The position numbers and the translations under genes were made by a program. DNA of 24,000 nt from Candidatus Altimarinota bacterium (GTDB taxonomy: Bacteria > Patescibacteriota > Gracilibacteria > JAUYGZ01), in the NCBI GenBank assembly GCA_029233985.1, contig JARGOK010000001.1:409096-433095 (forward strand), read 5' to 3'. This document shows positions 8,629 through 14,409 of this stretch, piece after piece (positions within the stretch are counted from its first letter, which is position 1; each line of letters opens with the position of its first letter). The notes beneath the pieces are model-generated. The model made no database searches. It saw only the letters and a program-made list of their open reading frames with translations, and had not been told where the DNA came from.

Positions 8629-8694
8629 CACAGGTGAGAATCGAAATTCTCACCTGTGGCCTACAACCCATCAGAATTTCGACTCTGATCTTCG
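8629..8694. repeat. Family A twin-hairpin intergenic element, copy A1
   Basis: Hairpin 1 has a 13-bp stem (8629-8641 with 8646-8658) and loop CGAA. Hairpin 2 is ATCAGA-ATTTCGAC-TCTGAT (8670-8689), followed by CTTCG. It aligns with 10848-10910 and 16796-16857 in the same orientation. Confidence 0.85.
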
Positions 8695-8896
8695 TTTCAC
8701 ATGTTCTTTGAAAACATCCTGAGATAAACACGATAACAATTGTGTAAAATTTGTTCATTTTTATGTATAAAAAATGTGTCCTTTTACCACTTTAACACTT
8801 TATATAAGCCATTTAATGGCGTTTTTGTTTTTTTAATAACTGTATACATTATTTATAACTATACACCCATTGTGCAAAACGCTCCCGACCTGTTTG

Positions 8897-8925
8897 TTGC
8901 AGATGTAAAATCTGAACGTTATAGT
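8897..8925 (+). promoter_or_regulatory. Sigma70-type promoter for the downstream non-coding unit
   Basis: TTGCAG (8897-8902), exactly 17 nt of spacer, then TATAGT (8920-8925). It is preceded by a very AT-rich tract. Predicted start is near 8932. Confidence 0.55.
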
Positions 8926-8931
8926 ATAACG

Positions 8932-9440
8932 AAGTAAGGGTGAGGAAACGCACATTGAAAACACCGGAGAAGTAAAAGGTAAAAGAAGAACGTTCCCTCG
9001 CTACGGCGGGGCCAATGTTTCGCCTTATCCACAAATAATAAATAAGGACATGTGAACTGAGCTCGTGGGCTCATTCCTACTCCTTTCTCCGCTTGTCGGA
9101 AATATCTGCTCCTGGAGTTGCAGATTGTATCACTCAGTGCCGGCGCGGCACTTGGAATGTCGTTCTTCTTTTACCCTTTGCTTTTCGTATCCAAGTCCTT
9201 CTGACCAAGGTCTTGGGGCAGCCTCCAATACAAGCTCTGACTCGATCAGAGCAGGCTCGCTTCACTCTTCAGTGCTTCGGCAAGGAATTGAGAAGGAGTA
9301 ACGGTCCGGTAAGACATTAACTACCCCGTAAAGGCAAAGAATCGCTGGTCACGAAAACCAAAACAAAAGTCCGTCAAACCAAAATAAAATGGTGTGAATA
9401 GGACGATATTAATTACCCCGAGCTTGCTCGGGGTTTTTTT
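8932..9440 (+). ncRNA. Candidate large structured non-coding RNA (about 0.5 kb), family unknown
   Basis: The unit is bounded by a promoter (8897-8925) and an intrinsic terminator (9416-9440). A perfect 15-bp long-range helix joins 8978-8992 (GGTAAAAGAAGAACG) to 9161-9175 (CGTTCTTCTTTTACC). There are many local hairpins, including a C(UUCG)G tetraloop at 9275-9280. The region is visibly more G+C-rich than its AT-rich flanks. Its only ORFs are short, overlapping and low-complexity. The 5' end is inferred from the promoter only. Confidence 0.6.
9416..9440 (+). terminator. Rho-independent terminator
   Basis: CCCCGAG-cttg-CTCGGGG is a 7-bp GC-rich stem (9416-9433), followed by TTTTTTT (9434-9440). 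Confidence 0.85.
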
Positions 9441-9534
9441 ATGGGTCCCCTCACGACCCCTAACCCCTTACAAGGGGAAAAACATACACCAAAACGCATA
9501 AAACCTAAAACCTCAGTTACATGAGTATTTTTCA

Positions 9535-9563
9535 TTGAAAAAAAGGGCGGCATGCATGAGAAT
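9535..9563 (+). promoter_or_regulatory. Candidate promoter for tRNA-Arg
   Basis: TTGAAA (9535-9540), 17 nt of spacer, then GAGAAT (9558-9563). The -10 ends 8 nt before the mature tRNA 5' end. Confidence 0.4.
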
Positions 9564-9571
9564 TGACTCAC

Positions 9572-9646
9572 GTCCCCATAGTTCAATGGATAGAATAACT
9601 CCCTCCTAAGGAGTAGATGTAGGTTCGACTCCTGCTGGGGACACCA
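9572..9646 (+). tRNA. tRNA-Arg (anticodon CCU)
   Basis: The sequence folds by hand into a cloverleaf. Acceptor stem is GTCCCCA/TGGGGAC and the D stem is GTTC/GAAT. The anticodon stem ACTCC/GGAGT carries loop CTCCTAA, giving anticodon CCT. The T arm is GTAGG-TTCGACT-CCTGC. Discriminator A and the CCA end are encoded. Confidence 0.9.
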
Positions 9647-9703
9647 ATTTACTATTTACTGCTATGAAAATTTCTAAAATCGACTCTTATTGAGGAATTA
9701 CAG

Positions 9704-10165
9704 ATGGATGAAGGAAAAAAATCATATTATTGCTTTTTCGTATACTATTCATGGTTTACTCACGAAGATTTCCGAATACTACACACTTTCATCGCTCAGA
9801 TTTTATGAGAAATCATTAGAAAGATATTTGGAATTTTTACTAATGGAAATGTATGTATAAAGATCTTAAGAATTTTAAATAGACATCTTTCTGAATTTAT
9901 AGAAGACGAGGAGATAAAAATTAAACATGAAAAAATAAGAAAGGAATATGAAAAGTGGACAATTGAATTCACAAAAAACGTAACTTAATTGTCATTCACC
10001 CAGTTGAAGACAGTATTAAAGATAGTGATAAATTTTTTTCCTAATAGGATTATTGAACTATCGGGATGAGGAACTACTGGCTTTGAATTCGTTACCTACA
10101 GCCTCCTTTTCACAGGCAACATAAAACTAATCACATTAATCCTCAAAATGAACTGGATAAGTTAG
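9704..10165 (+). pseudogene. Possible decayed ORF (unknown product) 3' of the tRNA
   Basis: One frame is open from ATG 9704 to TAG 10163-10165, apart from TGA 9806-9808, TAA 9986-9988 and TGA 10067-10069. The pieces look protein-like (...EIIRKIFGIFTNGNVCIKILRILNRHLSEFIEDEEIKIKHEKIRKEYEKWTIEFTKNVT). I recognise no homology. Confidence 0.25.
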
Positions 10166-10234
10166 CAGCCTATATAGATGAAATTGCCGACTGCTACGAT
10201 CAAATCTTTATTGATCATGGCTTCATAAACTCTC

Positions 10235-10750
10235 TTAAAACTGATTTGCCTCAGCTAATTCCTTCTCGTATTTCCCAATAACCGCTTCGTCGAGGTAATC
10301 GACGAAGAGCTTTCCGTCTAAATGGTCTATTTCGTGCTGAATGATGCGAGCATTCAGCTCTGAGAGCTCGAGGTGTTGCTCGTTTCCTTTTTCATCGAGG
10401 AACCTTACCAGGATGTTTTTGTAGCGCTTTACTGGGGCGTAAACCTCAGGAAGACTTAGGCATCCTTCTTCTCCCATGACTTCCTCATCGGAATGTTTGA
10501 TGATTTCAGGGTTTATAAGAGCCATGACGACATTTTTTTCTCCCACTTTTTCTCCATACTGAAAATTAGCTATAAGGATACGATCTCCTACTCCTACTTG
10601 AGGTGCCGCGAGACCCAGACCATGAGCATTTACCATGGTTTGCTTCATGTTTTTGATGAGCTTGAGGTGCTGCTTTGTCACTTTTTTTACGCTTTTAGCA
10701 ACTTCTCTGAGCACATCATTCTCGGTACCGGTATAAATTGGGAGAACCAT
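10235..10750 (-). CDS. def: Peptide deformylase
   Basis: 171 aa with all three PDF motifs: GLGLAAPQVG, EGCLS and QHEIDHLDG. Confidence 0.93.
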   Translation of the reverse strand: MVLPIYTGTENDVLREVAKSVKKVTKQHLKLIKNMKQTMVNAHGLGLAAPQVGVGDRILIANFQYGEKVGEKNVVMALINPEIIKHSDEEVMGEEGCLSLPEVYAPVKRYKNILVRFLDEKGNEQHLELSELNARIIQHEIDHLDGKLFVDYLDEAVIGKYEKELAEANQF

Positions 10751-10847
10751 TGTTTTGAACTAATTCCTGGGTATTTTAGCGTTTTTTGAGGTATAATACT
10801 AGCTGAAGCTAATGAAACATTAGAAAGGAACCATCCATTAAAATCTA

Positions 10848-10910
10848 GGTGAAAATTGAAATTCTCACCGATGGAACAACAATCGATCAGAATTTCGATA
10901 CTGACCTACG
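10848..10910. repeat. Family A twin-hairpin intergenic element, copy A2
   Basis: GGTGAAAAT-TGAA-ATTCTCACC (10848-10869), then a 15-nt spacer ending CAATC, then GATCAG-AATTTCGATA-CTGACC (10885-10906), then TACG to 10910. It ends 18 nt before the ybeY ATG. Both stem mismatches are A-C on the plus strand, which is G-U on the minus strand. Confidence 0.85.
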
Positions 10911-10928
10911 TATTACACACTATTTCTC

Positions 10929-11414
10929 ATGAAGCTTACTCTAATTGACGACATTAACTTTGGCAGTGATCTCGACCAGGACTTCCATACCCTGACCAGG
11001 CTTGTTGATGAACAACTAGGAACACTTCCTGGACAATTAAACCTTATCCTCTGTGGCGATGAAAAGATTCAAGAGCTGAATAAGGCCTATCGAAAAAAAG
11101 ACAAAGTGACAGACGTGCTCACCTTCCCCTACTTCGAAGGTGAAACTCAAGCGGATGAGCTCTTGGGTGAGATCTACATAGATGTTGATCAGGCTAGGAG
11201 GCAAGCTGGAGCGGTGACTGACGACAAGGAGACCTGGTATCACGAGTGGATGTTTGATGATCACAAGAGTTGGACAGTGAGTTTTGAAATGTATAAATTA
11301 TGTAGTCATGGCTTACTGCACCTAAGGGGCTATGACCACATCGAAGATGATGATTTCCGAGTAATGAAATTACTCGAAGACAAAATCATGAAAAGCCTTA
11401 TGGCAAGCCATTAA
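10929..11414 (+). CDS. ybeY: Endoribonuclease YbeY (rRNA maturation factor)
   Basis: 161 aa with the zinc-binding motif HGLLHLRGYDH and the conserved VTDVLTFPY segment. Confidence 0.88.
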   Translation: MKLTLIDDINFGSDLDQDFHTLTRLVDEQLGTLPGQLNLILCGDEKIQELNKAYRKKDKVTDVLTFPYFEGETQADELLGEIYIDVDQARRQAGAVTDDKETWYHEWMFDDHKSWTVSFEMYKLCSHGLLHLRGYDHIEDDDFRVMKLLEDKIMKSLMASH

Positions 11415-11481
11415 AACTGAGTACATTTTGAGTACTTATGCACTATTTGAAAAGAAAAAGAGAGAAAATAGAAGCTGAGGT

Positions 11482-11510
11482 TTGCAAAGATTTTATCCAT
11501 TAACTATACT
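11482..11510 (+). promoter_or_regulatory. Sigma70-type promoter for ftsA-ftsZ
   Basis: TTGCAA (11482-11487), 17 nt of spacer, then TATACT (11505-11510). The leader to the GTG start at 11605 would be about 90 nt. Confidence 0.5.
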
Positions 11511-11604
11511 CGTTCTGTTAACGTGATTTTTCGCGGATGACCTCCAGAAAAGTCTCTTTTTTCCGTCCCCCTACTTCCTTTTACTCTCTAAACGTTTTTG
11601 AACC

Positions 11605-12834
11605 GTGGCTAAAGACCAACTCATTGCAGGTATCGATATTGGTGGTTCGAAAGTTCGAACAGTAATTGCTGAAGTAGAAGCAGAAACAAGTGCTCTCAAT
11701 GTGATTGGAGTAGGTATTGAAGAATCACATGGGATTAGAAAAGGAAATATCGTGGATATCAATGAAACCATTAAGTCGATCTCTCGCTCATTAGAGTCTG
11801 CAGAACGCATGGCTGGTGAATCAGTTGATACAGCATTCGTTAGTGTCTCTGGACATCACCTCAAAGCGATCCCATCTCGTGGAGTCGTAGCTATTAGTGG
11901 ACAAGAGATCCAACAAGAAGATATCAAACGCGTTTTGGAAGCTGCTCAGACACTTCCCCTTCCAATGAACCGAATTATCATTCGAGTTATTCCTCGGTCA
12001 TTTACTATTGATAATCAAACGAATGTAAAGCAACCCATTGGGATGTCTGGTATTCGATTGGAAGTCGATGCTGAGATTATCACTGGGATTGGTCCCTACC
12101 TCAAAAACATTGAAAAAAGCACTCACCAAGTGGGAATTGATATTGAAGACTGCATCCCTTCTCCACTCGCATCTGCTGATGCCGTCCTTTCAAAAAGACA
12201 ACGAGAACTCGGAGTGGTCAGTATAGATGTCGGACTTTCTTCTACAAGTATTGCTGTCTACGAAGAAGGAACACTCTTGCACACTGTTGTGATCCCAGTA
12301 GGAGGTGAAAATGTGACCAATGATATTGCTATTGGACTGCGAACAAGTATTGATGTGGCTGAAAAACTCAAGATTGAATATGGATCGTGTAATCCAAACG
12401 AAGTCAGTGATCATGAAGAAATCAATCTTTCACTGATTTCCAAACTTGATAACCACAAAATTTCAAAGAAACAATTGATCGAAATTATCGAAGCTCGATA
12501 CCATGAAATCTTTAGCCTTGTACGAGAAGAACTTGGGAAAATTGACCGTGATGGAAAACTCCCTTCAGGAGCTATTTTGACAGGATCTTCTATCAAGATC
12601 GCTGGATGTATGGACTTGGCAAGGAATGTCCTTGGACTCCCCGTTCAGATTGGATTCCCACAAGACGTGGATGGAATTGTAGACCGAATAGATGACCCTT
12701 CTTTTGCTACGATGCTCGGCCTGATAACAATGGGAGTGAAAGCTGAACGACGACGATCTTTTTCTCTCAAATCACTCAACCTCGGTGATACCTTTAAAAA
12801 TGTTGGGAACTTCTTTAAACGACTTGTTCCATAA
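11605..12834 (+). CDS. ftsA: Cell division protein FtsA
   Basis: 409 aa, actin/HSP70-fold, with the N-terminal phosphate loop GIDIGGSKV. It sits immediately upstream of ftsZ. Apparent GTG start. Confidence 0.9.
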   Translation: MAKDQLIAGIDIGGSKVRTVIAEVEAETSALNVIGVGIEESHGIRKGNIVDINETIKSISRSLESAERMAGESVDTAFVSVSGHHLKAIPSRGVVAISGQEIQQEDIKRVLEAAQTLPLPMNRIIIRVIPRSFTIDNQTNVKQPIGMSGIRLEVDAEIITGIGPYLKNIEKSTHQVGIDIEDCIPSPLASADAVLSKRQRELGVVSIDVGLSSTSIAVYEEGTLLHTVVIPVGGENVTNDIAIGLRTSIDVAEKLKIEYGSCNPNEVSDHEEINLSLISKLDNHKISKKQLIEIIEARYHEIFSLVREELGKIDRDGKLPSGAILTGSSIKIAGCMDLARNVLGLPVQIGFPQDVDGIVDRIDDPSFATMLGLITMGVKAERRRSFSLKSLNLGDTFKNVGNFFKRLVP

Positions 12835-12881
12835 ACCAACATCCTTTCTTACTTACCACTAATTTTTTATCTCAAAGTCTC

Positions 12882-14096
12882 ATGTCTGACCAACTCAAGA
12901 AAATTTTCTCAGCGAAAAAACCAATGTCACGAATTCCTTCACCACAAGCAAGTGTTGATGCTATCCCTGACATCTCCCCTATGGCAAAAATAAAAGTTGT
13001 CGGTGTTGGAGGTGGAGGTGGAAATGCTCTAAACCGAATGATTGATAGTGACCTTGAAAATGTAGAATTTATTGCGATCAACACTGACGCTCAAGCTCTC
13101 TACTACAACAATGCCCCTCACAAAATCAATATTGGAAAAGCGGTCACGAAAGGACTGGGAGCAGGATCAAATCCAGAAGTTGGAAAACGAGCTGCTGAAG
13201 AGTCTTCAGAAGAAATCCGTGCTGCCCTCGAAGGTTGTGACATGGTTTTTGTTACTGCTGGAATGGGAGGAGGTACAGGATCTGGAGCTGCACCAGTAGT
13301 TGCCGAGATTGCAAAAGAAATGGGAGCTCTTACTGTAGCTATTGTAACCAAACCGTTTACTTTTGAAGGGAAAATGCGGATGAAACATGCTCAACAGTCT
13401 CTCGAAGTATTGCGAGAACGTGTGGATACGCTCATTGTTATTCCAAATGACAAGATCTTAAATATTATCGACAAAAAAACTCCTCTTACGGATGCATTTA
13501 GCATCGTAGATGATGTTCTCCGACAAGGGATCCAAGGTATTTCCGATCTCATCACAGTAGGAGGTCTTATCAATGTAGATTTCGCTGATGTGAAGACTAT
13601 AATGGAAAGCGCTGGTTCTGCCTTGATGGGGATTGGATTTGGAGCAGGAGAAAACCGAGCTGTAGAAGCTGCTCGTGCTGCTATCGACTCACCTCTCTTG
13701 GAGCTGTCTATAGATGGAGCCAAAGGAATCATCTTGAATATTACTGGTGGAAATGATCTCAGCATGTTTGAGATCGATGAAGCTGCACGTGTCGTTACTG
13801 AATATACTTCGGAAGATTCACATGTGATTTTTGGAGCAGTCGTGAATGATGCCTATACTGGTGAACTAAAGGTAACAGTAATCGCGACTGGTTTTGACGA
13901 GCAAGAGCAGGTCAAAAAAATGGAAGAAGACCGCAAGAAAACAATTACTGCTGGATTTGGGATGCGAGGCGCGATGAAAAAACCAATGGGAATAAAAAGT
14001 GGAACTCCTCAGCGTGGCAACCAACCCGCCAACCGTCCATTGACTCGTGAAGAAGAATTGGAGATCCCTGCCTTTATTCGAAAGAAAGTGAAGTAG
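12882..14096 (+). CDS. ftsZ: Cell division GTPase FtsZ
   Basis: 404 aa with GVGGGGGNA and the tubulin signature [10 protein letters not shown]. The C-terminal conserved peptide is EIPAFIRKK. There is an N-terminal extension of about 35 aa before the core. Confidence 0.95.
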   Translation: MSDQLKKIFSAKKPMSRIPSPQASVDAIPDISPMAKIKVVGVGGGGGNALNRMIDSDLENVEFIAINTDAQALYYNNAPHKINIGKAVTKGLGAGSNPEVGKRAAEESSEEIRAALEGCDMVFVTAGMGGGTGSGAAPVVAEIAKEMGALTVAIVTKPFTFEGKMRMKHAQQSLEVLRERVDTLIVIPNDKILNIIDKKTPLTDAFSIVDDVLRQGIQGISDLITVGGLINVDFADVKTIMESAGSALMGIGFGAGENRAVEAARAAIDSPLLELSIDGAKGIILNITGGNDLSMFEIDEAARVVTEYTSEDSHVIFGAVVNDAYTGELKVTVIATGFDEQEQVKKMEEDRKKTITAGFGMRGAMKKPMGIKSGTPQRGNQPANRPLTREEELEIPAFIRKKVK

Positions 14097-14117
14097 GCCT
14101 ATGCAAATATGATATTG

Positions 14118-14151
14118 AAGAGCTTCAGGATAATCCTGAAGCTCTTTTTTT
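14118..14151 (+). terminator. Rho-independent terminator after ftsZ
   Basis: AAGAGCTTCAGG-ataat-CCTGAAGCTCTT is a 12-bp stem (14118-14146) that runs into a T tract ending at 14151. Confidence 0.85.
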
Positions 14152-14409
14152 ATAGACCGGCAGTTGTATGCGAATCTACTAATATATGAATACATATAGG
14201 CACGCTCTCCTCCCTTTTGTCATTCTAAGAAACCGATGAATCTTGAGGATGAACCATGAACTATGACTAAGAGGGGTACAAGCATGATTTTAAAATGGAC
14301 TATGAAAAGAATCTGTCAGGAAAGATACTTTGTACCTCACAATTACGCCAAGGCTTGGATGCGCAAGCTGCATGACAGGACTCTTTTATATGACTCCATT
14401 CCTCGGAAC

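Noticed and set aside
8629-8694. Family A as a hammerhead or other small self-cleaving ribozyme (CUGAUG and CGAAA strings on the minus strand)
   Set aside because: CUGAUGA is not conserved; the copies read CUGAUGG, CUGAUCG and CUGAUCG. The GAAA and CUGAU elements lie in the same hairpin in the wrong topological order for a hammerhead core.
8531-8758. 75-aa minus-strand ORF upstream of recQ
   Set aside because: It reads straight through family A copy A1. That nucleotide sequence is conserved at two other non-coding sites. The peptide has no recognisable features.
9025-9033. A perfect DnaA box (TTATCCACA), raising the possibility that the 1.8-kb ORF-free region is a replication origin
   Set aside because: It is a single box, and a given 9-mer is not very unlikely to occur once in 2x24 kb. 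Other candidates nearby match only 7 of 9 positions. No dnaA or dnaN is adjacent. The box sits in the loop-proximal part of a hairpin inside the putative RNA.
9065-9320. Two overlapping ORFs (78 and 75 aa) inside the candidate RNA unit
   Set aside because: They overlap each other in different frames and are low-complexity (Ser/Leu/Cys/Arg-rich). They coincide with strong RNA-like helices. The surrounding unit has a promoter and terminator but no coding-type composition.
8932-9440. Identity of the large RNA as RNase P RNA, tmRNA, SRP RNA or 6S RNA
   Set aside because: For RNase P, GAGGAAACGCAC at the 5' end only superficially resembles the GAGGAAAGUCC P4 strand, and there is no matching ACAGAA...GGCUUA strand. 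For tmRNA, there is no tRNA-like acceptor/T-arm ends and no plausible tag ORF. For SRP, GGUCCGGUAAGAC cannot form helix 8 with a GNAR loop. For 6S, the size is wrong. This rejection is by eye only, so cmsearch is still needed.
9443-9477. C-rich triple CCCCT repeat and two small hairpins (GGGTC...GACCC and CCCCT-taca-AGGGG) just after the RNA-unit terminator
   Set aside because: The structures are short and seen only once in the window. There is no T-tract on either strand. They could be a trailing part of the RNA or spacer sequence. I have no basis for assigning a function.
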